Shown here piece by piece: positions 12,496 to 21,209 of a stretch of DNA of 32,000 bases. Positions within the stretch are counted from its first letter, which is position 1; each line of letters begins with the position of its first letter. Source of the stretch: Nitrosospira multiformis ATCC 25196 (GTDB lineage: Bacteria; Pseudomonadota; Gammaproteobacteria; Burkholderiales; Nitrosomonadaceae); NCBI RefSeq assembly GCF_000196355.1, contig NC_007614.1, forward strand, positions 2,130,001 through 2,162,000, in the 5' to 3' direction. The position numbers and the translations under genes were made by a program. The notes below the pieces were generated by a model, which saw only the letters and a list, made by a program, of their open reading frames with translations, did not search any database and was not told the DNA's origin.

Positions 12496-12962
12496 GTATT
12501 CGTAATTGTGATATTTTGCCCGGACTCGAAGCCTACGTCTACTATCGTTCTTTCCAAACGATCAGTATCAGCATCAATTGAGACCGCGAGCGTGAAACAA
12601 GGGTTAACAGGCCGCTGGATGAAGCGGGCAGGCAATCATTTCGGGAGCCGCTACCAAACATTCAGTGCCGGAGAAGATCAGCCTTGGGGGGCATGCTCAA
12701 AACAATGGCTGCCTGATCTCTGCTATTGCAAGAAGACCGAGGCCATGCCCCAAGTGAAGGATCACTGTCGAAGTGTCGTTGTCAGGTAAAATGCGATGAC
12801 ATCGGTGCGAACCCGGAACAGGTTAATCGCGGAATGGCATAGTGTACCGAAACTACGCAAGGATCAAAATCTCCCTCTTCTGGGCCTGTAGAAATGATAA
12901 TGAGATGCGGATTATGATCTGATCCATCCTGCGAATTTTGCAAGGGAAAGAGCTGATAAGAA

Positions 12963-12982
12963 AAACCCGCCGAAGCGGGTTT
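12963..12982 (-). terminator. Rho-independent terminator of the downstream-ending RHH/antitoxin-like gene
   Basis: Minus strand AAACCCGC-TTCG-GCGGGTTT-TTC: a perfect 8-bp stem with UUCG tetraloop, 3 bp after the stop codon of the 12986..13384 gene. Confidence 0.85.
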
Positions 12983-12985
12983 AGG

Positions 12986-13384
12986 TCAAGCTACTTTTCT
13001 TTGTTTTGCAGCCAAGTGGCGCAGATTTTTTGCCGCTTCTTTCCCCATTGACTTCATCTTTGAGGCGGCCTCTTTTAATGCTTCTTTCCTCATTAACTTC
13101 ATCTTTGAAGCCGCCTCTCTCAAAATTTGTTTCTTCTCCGAATCTGCAAATCGCTTCAAAATCTGGCGCATCAGAGGCTGGTAGCCAATTCCATACATCG
13201 AGGCGATAAGCTTAAAATCCTCAATCAAAGACTTCTCAAGTCGTATTGATACAGGTTGCAAAAGATGCTTGTCTGTCAATGCCTGCACATCATCTGAAGC
13301 GATTGCGGCAAACTCCTCTGTTGCTCCCGACTCCCTTGAATTCCGCTCCTCTTTCCTGCTCTCGATTGTCTCTCGATCACTCAT
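12986..13384 (-). CDS. CopG/ribbon-helix-helix antitoxin-like protein with tandem C-terminal repeats
   Basis: 132 aa; LLQPVSIRLEKSLIEDFKLIASMYGIGYQPLMRQILKRFADSEKKQI resembles chromosomal RHH antitoxins, followed by an alanine/lysine-rich helical tail. Clean terminator after the stop codon. Confidence 0.75.
   Translation of the reverse strand: MSDRETIESRKEERNSRESGATEEFAAIASDDVQALTDKHLLQPVSIRLEKSLIEDFKLIASMYGIGYQPLMRQILKRFADSEKKQILREAASKMKLMRKEALKEAASKMKSMGKEAAKNLRHLAAKQRKVA
13034..13123 (-). repeat. Two tandem 45-bp (15-codon) repeat units inside the RHH/antitoxin-like CDS
   Basis: Protein units LREAASKMKLMRKEA / LKEAASKMKSMGKEA. DNA units at 13123-13079 and 13078-13034 (minus strand). Confidence 0.9.
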
Positions 13385-13593
13385 GGCCCTCTCCTTTCCA
13401 GTTAATCAACGGGTTACGATACTTTCTGTATATACGCAACTCTTCAGTACCCAGGATCGTATGCCGATTTAATTGTCAACTTCAACTCTTTCTGGATTGG
13501 CTGGATTGGCAATTAAATTGGCATATTGTTTATACAAAACGCACCAAAGTCAACCTTAATTAACCATTATGAGCCCAGGTTTTTTCTCTTTCC

Positions 13594-13618
13594 CCGGACT
13601 CGCCCGGAGCCGGTTTTT
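13594..13618 (+). terminator. Possible rho-independent terminator on the plus strand, no associated gene
   Basis: CCGG-A-CTC-GCCCG-GAG-CCGG-TTTTT: 7-bp stem with one bulged A and a T tract. Confidence 0.4.
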
Positions 13619-14592
13619 ATTTCCATACGTTAAGTATTTAACGGTAAAAGCTTTCTTGTATTTCTTGTATTGCTAACCAGCCTACTCGCTTTTTCCTCCC
13701 TAAATGACGAAGCGATTGGAGTAAACTGCTTCCCGCGGTGACAAATAGTCCGTTTGGAATTTAATCTGCTCCCGTTATAGAAGCTCATGATGTAATCAGT
13801 AATATCATGATGAGCCTCGCCGTGAGTGACATGGCACGTTGCCGCGCGCGTTCCATTTCAAGTTCAGAAGAAACGCTCCATGATGCCTTATCCCCGCGGC
13901 TACCCTTATGGCTCATGCTGCAGCTGATCGTGCTGAGCGAGTAGTCTCTGATATTCAAGGCTTGCACTGGATGCTCCCAGCGGAAGGCAATAGTAATCCC
14001 GGGACAGGCTTGGCAACCGGTGATAATACTGACGACGAGTGCCGGATTGAAGATGGCCGACAGATCAGCTCTCTCTTAGTGCAGCATATTCTCGCTGCTA
14101 AAGCTGATGGCCTAAAGCCGATGGTTTAAACCTTGGGATAGAAAACCAGCAGGATGACTAAGAACCCATTAATTTACATTTTGCTCTGGGACCATGGACA
14201 TCCGAACGGATGCGTCCGATTGGGATGACATCAAGGGAGTTCATTGGGTAATCCACGTTCGCAAGGCCAAGACCAAAAAGCCAAGAGCGTCAAAAAACCA
14301 AAAACAATTTCTTCCTTGAGAGAGGTGAAGATACTGGAACCGGCGTACCGGATCCTTCCTGCACAGGAGCAGCATACTTCCTGATCGGTAATGAGGTATT
14401 CCAGAATCCAGGCATGCTAAAGCGCCGGAAGGGAGATAAGGCGATGCGGGAAAGCTACCGGACCGAGATAACGATGGCTTATCAGACGGGCACTCTTATA
14501 CATCCGTAATGCTCTCTGCCGGGAAGTCAAGCATGTGGTAAACTCAGCATATGAGGCAGTCTGCCGGGTGAAGGATCCGGCAGATTCACGCT

Positions 14593-14669
<77 letters not shown>

Positions 14670-15019
14670 CCAGAGAATTGAGATTATAACAAGCTGGGGT
14701 CATAAAGGTCAAATCTCTTTTATTACAATTATGGAGTTTATATTCGTCTTAATGAATGCATTGCGGGAAGAGGAAAGGAAAAACGAGAAGCAACTCCTTC
14801 TTTTATATCCTATCATTAATTCCCATTTTCTTATGAGAGTTAGCGCACAGAGACGAGGGTAAAATAGGCGCAATATTTGATTTTGCGATCCTGTGCACGT
14901 TAAATTCCGCTTACTCGCTGCCCTCAGCCGTTTATGCTCGGATAAGCAGAAAGGGGACAGGCCGCCCGAAGGTTAAAGGGTTTAGAAAGGCGATAAGTCC
15001 TTATGAAGATGTGGGCAAC

Positions 15020-15958
15020 ATGATTACCGAAGCTGATATTCATGCGGCAAGGATTCTGATTGTTGATGATCAGGAAACAAATGTCCAGTTGCTGGAAAGC
15101 ATGCTAGCCGCTGCAAGCTACACGTCTGTCACTTCGACGACCGATCCGTTCAAGGTGTATGAGTTGCATCGGCAAAACCACTACGATCTGATTTTGCTCG
15201 ATTTGAAAATGGCCGGCATGGATGGGTTTCAGGTACTCGAAGCCTTGAAAGAAATCGAGGCAGATGGATATCTACCTGTACTGGTCGTCACCGCCAACCC
15301 CGATTCCAAGCTACGGGCGCTTCAGTCCGGCGCCAAGGATTTTGTCAGCAAGCCTTTTGACATGAGTGAAGTACTCGCGCGCGTGCATAATCTGCTCGAA
15401 GTGCGACTGCTACATCAGCAAGCGCGCCATTACGCAAAGTCGCAAGAATTCATGGCACTGCATGATCCGCTGACGGGACTGGCCAACAGACGGCTTCTGG
15501 TGGAAAGAGTATCTCAGGCTATCATCCATGCAAAGCGCAACAATAGCGTTATGGGAGTCTTGTATCTGGATCTGGATGGGTTCAGGCAAATCAACAACAC
15601 ATTGGGTCACGATATAGGCGATCTGCTTTTGAAGCTGGTCGCGGCGCGCCTGATTGCCGCAGTTCGCCAGGAAGATACCGTGGCTCGGCTCGGCGGCGAT
15701 GAGTTTGTGATTTCGATGCCGCATGTAAGCAATCTCGATGGCATAAGCCGTACAGCGGAAAAAGTAATAAAAGCACTGTCGCAACCTTACAGCATTCAGG
15801 GAAATGCCATCACCCTCACTGCAAGCGCGGGTGTCGGGATTTTTCCTGATAATGGCAAAGATGCGAAAACCCTTTTGAAGAATGCGGATGCTGCCCTGCT
15901 GGAGGCAAAGCAGGCGAACAAAAATACTTATCGAATTTCAGAACGAGTAAGCGCCTAG
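15020..15958 (+). CDS. Response regulator with REC and GGDEF (diguanylate cyclase) domains
   Basis: ORF 15011..15958; likely ATG at 15020. Receiver domain ARILIVDDQETNVQLLESML...YDLILLDLKMAGMDGFQVLEAL...GAKDFVSKPFD; cyclase domain with intact LARLGGDEF-type motif (VARLGGDEFVISMPH) and RxxD (RQED) five residues upstream. Confidence 0.95.
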   Translation: MITEADIHAARILIVDDQETNVQLLESMLAAASYTSVTSTTDPFKVYELHRQNHYDLILLDLKMAGMDGFQVLEALKEIEADGYLPVLVVTANPDSKLRALQSGAKDFVSKPFDMSEVLARVHNLLEVRLLHQQARHYAKSQEFMALHDPLTGLANRRLLVERVSQAIIHAKRNNSVMGVLYLDLDGFRQINNTLGHDIGDLLLKLVAARLIAAVRQEDTVARLGGDEFVISMPHVSNLDGISRTAEKVIKALSQPYSIQGNAITLTASAGVGIFPDNGKDAKTLLKNADAALLEAKQANKNTYRISERVSA

Positions 15959-16193
15959 CGTTCAGCTCCGTTTCGCCATTATTGCCGTGTCGCTGCAAAT
16001 TTCCCATATTTTGCTGAAATCAGGATATTTATCGGAAAACAACGTTCTTTTTCTGAGCGCCAAGAAAATATAATAATGATTGGCTCAAGAAAAAGAAGAA
16101 TCAGTTTTTTCGTGCCCTATTCATCCATCTAGAGAGGTTACGAGCAGGGGAAAATGATGAAATCGGTTAACGGGAACAAACAGGATAAAAATA

Positions 16194-17036
16194 ATGATCA
16201 ATAAACCTGACACTCTGAACGCTAAAATTCTGATCGTGGATGATCAGGAAGCCAACGTCCGGCTGCTTGAACAGATGCTGAGCGATGGGGGTTATAAAAA
16301 CATTACCTCGACGATGGATCCGCGCGAAGTCAGCAATCTCTATCGGCAGAATCGTTACGATCTCATTCTTCTTGATCTGTATATGCCTGGAATGGACGGT
16401 TTTCAGGTATTGGAAGCGCTAAAGAAAATTGAACGGGAAGGTTATCTTCCGGTACTCGTAATCACTGCGCAACCAGGTCATAAGTTGCGGGCACTGCAAG
16501 CAGGCGCAAAGGATTTCGTCAGCAAGCCCTTCGACCTCGTTGAAGTTCAAACCCGTATTCAAAATATGCTGGAAGTGCGCCTGCTGTATAAGCAGTTGGA
16601 GGATTACAATAAAAGGCTGGAACAAACGGTAGCGGAGCGAACCGCAGAATTGCGCGAGAGTGAAGCCAGATTTCGCCGTCTCACGGAACTGGCTTCCGAC
16701 TGGTACTGGGAACAGGATGAAAAGGGAAATTTCACCAAAGTTTACGGTCCTGTCCTGGATATGCTGGGGATTAAGGTCGACCACTTGCTGGGAGAATCCA
16801 AGGGATATAATGGAGCGCACTGGAATGAAGCGGAGTATTCAGTTTTCAAGGCAAATATCGCGGCAAGACGGCCTTTTATCGATTTTATCTACAGACGGAC
16901 CAAGCCGGATGGGTCGACGCAATATCTAATGGTCAGTGGTGAGCCGATGTTCGATTCTTCCGGTCGCTTTACCGGCTACCGGGGTATTGGCAAGGACGTC
17001 ACCGATAGCATGCACGCAAATCAAGCTTCACAATGA
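16194..17036 (+). CDS. Response regulator with REC, coiled linker and PAS domains, ending without an output domain
   Basis: 280 aa; KILIVDDQEANVRLLEQMLSDGGYKNITSTMDPREVSNLYRQNRYDLILLDLYMPGMDGFQVLEAL..., linker YNKRLEQTVAERTAELRESEARF, PAS domain ...EPMFDSSGRFTGYRGIGKDVTDSMHANQASQ then stop. Confidence 0.9.
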   Translation: MINKPDTLNAKILIVDDQEANVRLLEQMLSDGGYKNITSTMDPREVSNLYRQNRYDLILLDLYMPGMDGFQVLEALKKIEREGYLPVLVITAQPGHKLRALQAGAKDFVSKPFDLVEVQTRIQNMLEVRLLYKQLEDYNKRLEQTVAERTAELRESEARFRRLTELASDWYWEQDEKGNFTKVYGPVLDMLGIKVDHLLGESKGYNGAHWNEAEYSVFKANIAARRPFIDFIYRRTKPDGSTQYLMVSGEPMFDSSGRFTGYRGIGKDVTDSMHANQASQ

Positions 17037-17969
17037 CTGCTCAAACCTTATGAGTCTTTTCGGCGAGATGTAACCTTCCGTTGAAATTTCCCCCAACCCC
17101 AGAAACCGCTGCGCCTTGTCATACAACCGTACCTGTCTTCCCGGTAAAAGGCTTTCCCCTGCCGGGTGCGTACCGGGGATTGCGCGTCCCTGGAGCAGAG
17201 ATAAAGCCGCAGCGGAATCTACCACAACCGGGGGAAGAGACCTCAGGAGACTATCGGCTGGCAGCAGGCAAGAGTCCCGTTGAGATGGCGGCATAGCTTC
17301 GAGTCCAGTCAGTGTGTATGCCTGCGGCAAATCAAAACCGCCCAGTGCGCTCCGGCGCAATGCAGTAAGATAAGCGCCGCCGCATCCCAGCGCGTGTCCC
17401 AGGTCCTCTGCCAGCGTGCGAATGTAGGTACCGCTCCCGCACGTCACCCGGATGCGCATTTCATTGCCTTGATACGCCTCGATACTCAGGTCGTGGATCG
17501 TTATCGCTCGAGGCTGCCGTTCGATTTCCACTCCTGCCCTGGCAAAGGTGTACATGGGTTTCCCACGATGCTTGATTGCGCTGTACATGGGCGGCACTTG
17601 CGTAATTACGCCGATAAAGCTTTTGCGTACTGCCTCAATTTTCTCCCTGGTCAGATCCACGTATTGAGATTCCATACCGGCAGCAATTGAAATTTCCCCC
17701 TCTGCATCACCGGTCGTACTCATATAGCCAAGTCTCAGCACGGCTTCGTATGTCTTGTCTGCACCGAGGAGCGCCGATGAAAATTTGGTGGCCTCTCCGA
17801 AGCAGATGGGCAGCAAACCGGTCGCCATCGGATCAAGCGTACCGGTATGGCCAGCCTTATGAGCAGAAAAAATGCGTTTGGCGGTCTGCAGGGCTTGGTT
17901 GGAAGAAAGACCGGAGGCTTTATCGAGCAGCAGCACGCCGCTGATATGTCGTTTGCTACCTGGAGACAT
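17028..17969 (-). CDS. truB: tRNA pseudouridine(55) synthase
   Basis: 313 aa; ISGVLLLDKASGLSSNQALQTAKRIFSAHKAGHTGTLDPMATGLLPICFGEATKF; GTYIRTLAEDLG. Confidence 0.97.
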   Translation of the reverse strand: MSPGSKRHISGVLLLDKASGLSSNQALQTAKRIFSAHKAGHTGTLDPMATGLLPICFGEATKFSSALLGADKTYEAVLRLGYMSTTGDAEGEISIAAGMESQYVDLTREKIEAVRKSFIGVITQVPPMYSAIKHRGKPMYTFARAGVEIERQPRAITIHDLSIEAYQGNEMRIRVTCGSGTYIRTLAEDLGHALGCGGAYLTALRRSALGGFDLPQAYTLTGLEAMPPSQRDSCLLPADSLLRSLPPVVVDSAAALSLLQGRAIPGTHPAGESLLPGRQVRLYDKAQRFLGLGEISTEGYISPKRLIRFEQSL

Positions 17970-18152
17970 TTAAGCTAGGAGGTCTTGGAGCCAGTCCGAA
18001 TCCCGGCAGTTACTATCAAAGGTAGAGCGGAATCTGCGGATAGTGCGGGGAATTGGGAGGGTTCACTATGGGCCGGGTGACATCCGACTTCGGTCACGCA
18101 ACTTGCAGAAATAGCTGCACGAACTCGAGCAGATATAAGCGTGATAAACAAT

Positions 18153-18533
18153 TCAGGTGCTGTCGGTTTCTTTTTCAGAACGGTCGGAAGCCACGGCTTC
18201 ATCTATCAGTTGCGACAACCGGACTCCACGTTCGATGGATTCATCATAAATGAAATGCAGTTGTGGGATGACGCGTAGCTTCAACCGATGCAGCAGCTGG
18301 GTGCGCAAAAAGCCCGCGGCATTTTCCAGCCCGTTCTGGACGAGAAAGTTGTCGCTTTCATTATGCAGCGTGGTATAGAAAACTTTAGCGTGCGCATAAT
18401 CCTGACTCACCTCAACACCAGTCAAGGTAATCATGCCTATGCGCGGGTCCTTGAGTTCGTTGCGGATCAGATCGGCCAATTCACGCTGAATCTGATCGGC
18501 AATCCGCAACGTGCGGGAATAATCTTTGGGCAT
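18153..18533 (-). CDS. rbfA: Ribosome-binding factor A
   Basis: 126 aa; TLRIADQIQRELADLIRNELKDPRIGMITLTGVEVSQDYAHAKVFYT; located between infB and truB. Confidence 0.96.
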   Translation of the reverse strand: MPKDYSRTLRIADQIQRELADLIRNELKDPRIGMITLTGVEVSQDYAHAKVFYTTLHNESDNFLVQNGLENAAGFLRTQLLHRLKLRVIPQLHFIYDESIERGVRLSQLIDEAVASDRSEKETDST

Positions 18534-18561
18534 AAAACTTCAATGCAGGACTTTCGCCCCG

Positions 18562-21192
18562 CTACAGAGTCCGCGCGATTACCTGGATTTCGTAGGTTTC
18601 CAACTGATCGCCCACCTGGATATCGTTAAAGTTCTTAAGAGACAGACCGCACTCGAAACCCGCCCTCACCTCTTTCACATCATCCTTGAAGCGCTTCAAC
18701 GAATCCAGTTCTCCGGTATGGATTACCTGTCCATTGCGTATCACTCTCACCAGCGAACCACGCCTGACAAACCCTTCCTGCACAAGGCAACCGGCCACCG
18801 CGCCCACTTTGGAAATGCGGAATACTTCCCGGATCTCCAGCAGTCCCGTGATATTCTCCTTGCGCTCGGGCGCCATCATGCCGGAAAGTGCAGCCTTGAT
18901 CTCATCCACAGCTTCGTAAATGATGCTGTAATAGCGCACATCCACCCCGGCAGAGTTGATGAGCTTGCGTGCAACTGCATCCGCCCGGCTGTTGAAGCCA
19001 ATGACAACTGCTTTGGAAGCCAATGCGAGATTGATGTCCGATTCTGTAATCGCGCCCACTCCACTGTGAATGATGTTGACCTTCACCTCGTCAGTGGAAA
19101 GCTGTTGCAGCGCGTGCGTCAGGGCCTCGTAAGAACCTTGTACGTCGGCCTTGATAATAAGTGAAAGGACTTTTACTTCTCCCCTCTGCTCGAACACGTT
19201 CTCCAGTTTGGCTGCCTGCTGCTTCGCCAGTTTTACATCGCGGAACTTGCCTTGGCGGAAGAGGGCAATTTCACGCGCCTTGCGCTCATCCGTCAGAGCC
19301 ACTACCGATTCGCCCGCTACGGGAACCTCCGATAAACCCTGGATTTCAACCGGAATGGAAGGTCCTGCCTGCTCCACCTGTTTGCCGCTCTCATCCAGCA
19401 TGGCCCGCACCCGGCCATAAGCCGCCCCCGCCAGCAATATATCGCCGCGCTTCAAGGTACCGGATTGGACAAGCATGGTTGCAACCGGGCCTCGCCCTTT
19501 ATCCAGCCGTGATTCGATTACAATTCCCTTTGCCGGCGCATCCTTCGGTGCCTTGAGTTCCAGAACTTCAGCCTGGAGCAGCACGCTTTCCAGCAAATCA
19601 TCGATACCTTGGCCGGTCTTTGCCGAAACTTCGACAAACATGGTTTCACCGCCCCAATCTTCCGGCACCACTTCCTGAGTCACGAGTTCCTGGCGAATCC
19701 GCTCGGGATTGGCTTCCGGTTTGTCGATTTTCGTCATCGCCACTACGATCGGCACCTTGCCCGCCTTGGCATGATGTATTGCTTCAACCGTCTGCGGCAT
19801 TACTCCGTCATCCGCCGCTACAACCAATATGACCAGGTCGGTAACCTTGGCTCCCCGTGCGCGCATGGCCGTAAACGCCTCATGTCCCGGTGTATCCAGG
19901 AACGTCACCATGCCCCTTTCCGTCTCGACGTGATAGGCCCCGATATGCTGGGTAATGCCCCCTGCTTCGCCGCTTGCCACTCGCGTGCGGCGAATGTAAT
20001 CCAGAAGCGAGGTCTTGCCATGATCGACATGGCCCATCACCGTAACGACCGGTGCACGCGCTTCCATTTTCAATTCGGAAGGTGCGATCTCGGTATCAGC
20101 CAGGAAGGATTCAGGACTATCGAGCGCGGCGTATTTGGCAACATGGCCCAACTCCTCCACCACGATCATTGCAGTTTCCTGGTCCAGCATCTGGTTGATG
20201 GTTACCATATTACCCATCTTCATGAGAGCCTTGATGACCTCAGCCGCCTTGATGGACATTTTCTGCGCGAGCGCCCCGACGGAAATGGTTTCAGGCACCA
20301 GCACCTCGTGGACCACCGGCTCGGTCGGCGCCGAAAAAGCATGAGGAGCGGGTTCCTCGGTTCTTCCATGTTTATCCTTGCGCGCCCGCCAGCCCCCCTT
20401 TGCCCCGCTCAGATCACCCCTGGTCTTGAGTCCACGTTTCTCGACCTTCTCTTCCTTCCAGACGACCTGTTTTGCGGGTTTCTTTTTCTTATCCGCCTTC
20501 TCTTCCGGTTTCACTGCCGGCTTGTGCAAGGTACCTTCGGTAGAGGCGGGCTGCGACGGAGCTGCTTCCGCCTCCACAGCCGCTACCGTTTCCCCGGGGG
20601 CTGCCGAAGGAGTTTCAGGGGCAACCGGCACCGCCTCAGGCCCGGCTACAGGAGCCGCCGGCACGAAAGGCGGGGCGGGTTCTTCGGGCTCTTTGATTTC
20701 CACAACCGGAGGCCTTTCACGCAGCCTTTTTTCCCGCAACTCGGCAGCCTGACGTGCAATCAATTCAGCCTGCCGCCTTGCCTCTTCCTGCCGCAATGCC
20801 TGCTGCGCCGCATCGATGACAGGGGTTCGCACCGGAGGCACAGAAGGAGCGGCGGGCGCAGGAATTTCAGCCGTTTTCCGTTCGACTGGCAAATCGACGC
20901 CTTTTACAAATACGCGCTTCTTGCGCACTTCCACCTGGATGCTGCGTGGCTTACCGGTGCTATCCGCCTTCTTGATTTCCGAAGTCTGTCGACGCGGCAG
21001 GGAAATCCGCCCCTTCTCTTCCTTGGCGCCATGAATCTTGCGCAGATATTCGAGAAGCTGCGTTTTGTCCTTCTCCGTCAGGCTATCCTCGGTCATGTGC
21101 TTGCGAACACCGGCCGCCTGCAACTGCTCCAGCAGCACGGTGGGAAGCACGCCAAGTTCACTAGCAAATTGCTCTACGTTCATTTGAGACAT
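18562..21192 (-). CDS. infB: Translation initiation factor IF-2
   Basis: 876 aa; [68 protein letters not shown]. Confidence 0.98.
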   Translation of the reverse strand: MSQMNVEQFASELGVLPTVLLEQLQAAGVRKHMTEDSLTEKDKTQLLEYLRKIHGAKEEKGRISLPRRQTSEIKKADSTGKPRSIQVEVRKKRVFVKGVDLPVERKTAEIPAPAAPSVPPVRTPVIDAAQQALRQEEARRQAELIARQAAELREKRLRERPPVVEIKEPEEPAPPFVPAAPVAGPEAVPVAPETPSAAPGETVAAVEAEAAPSQPASTEGTLHKPAVKPEEKADKKKKPAKQVVWKEEKVEKRGLKTRGDLSGAKGGWRARKDKHGRTEEPAPHAFSAPTEPVVHEVLVPETISVGALAQKMSIKAAEVIKALMKMGNMVTINQMLDQETAMIVVEELGHVAKYAALDSPESFLADTEIAPSELKMEARAPVVTVMGHVDHGKTSLLDYIRRTRVASGEAGGITQHIGAYHVETERGMVTFLDTPGHEAFTAMRARGAKVTDLVILVVAADDGVMPQTVEAIHHAKAGKVPIVVAMTKIDKPEANPERIRQELVTQEVVPEDWGGETMFVEVSAKTGQGIDDLLESVLLQAEVLELKAPKDAPAKGIVIESRLDKGRGPVATMLVQSGTLKRGDILLAGAAYGRVRAMLDESGKQVEQAGPSIPVEIQGLSEVPVAGESVVALTDERKAREIALFRQGKFRDVKLAKQQAAKLENVFEQRGEVKVLSLIIKADVQGSYEALTHALQQLSTDEVKVNIIHSGVGAITESDINLALASKAVVIGFNSRADAVARKLINSAGVDVRYYSIIYEAVDEIKAALSGMMAPERKENITGLLEIREVFRISKVGAVAGCLVQEGFVRRGSLVRVIRNGQVIHTGELDSLKRFKDDVKEVRAGFECGLSLKNFNDIQVGDQLETYEIQVIARTL

Positions 21193-21209
21193 TAATTACC
21201 TTCAGTCGG

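Noticed and set aside
12249-12635. 128-aa minus-strand ORF overlapping the SRP RNA
   Set aside because: It runs through the SRP RNA gene; the RNA call is far stronger.
12490-12789. 99-aa plus-strand ORF beginning MCVFVIVIFC
   Set aside because: TTG-start ORF with no recognisable family that begins inside the minus-strand terminator hairpin; no coding support.
18686-21034. Pro/Ala/Lys-rich middle part of infB as a possible repeat-protein or separate gene
   Set aside because: Low-complexity linker between the IF-2 N domain and the GTPase domain is normal for proteobacterial IF-2.
19609-21195. 528-aa plus-strand ORF antisense to infB
   Set aside because: Shadow ORF produced by GC-rich codon bias of infB; His/Arg-rich nonsense composition.
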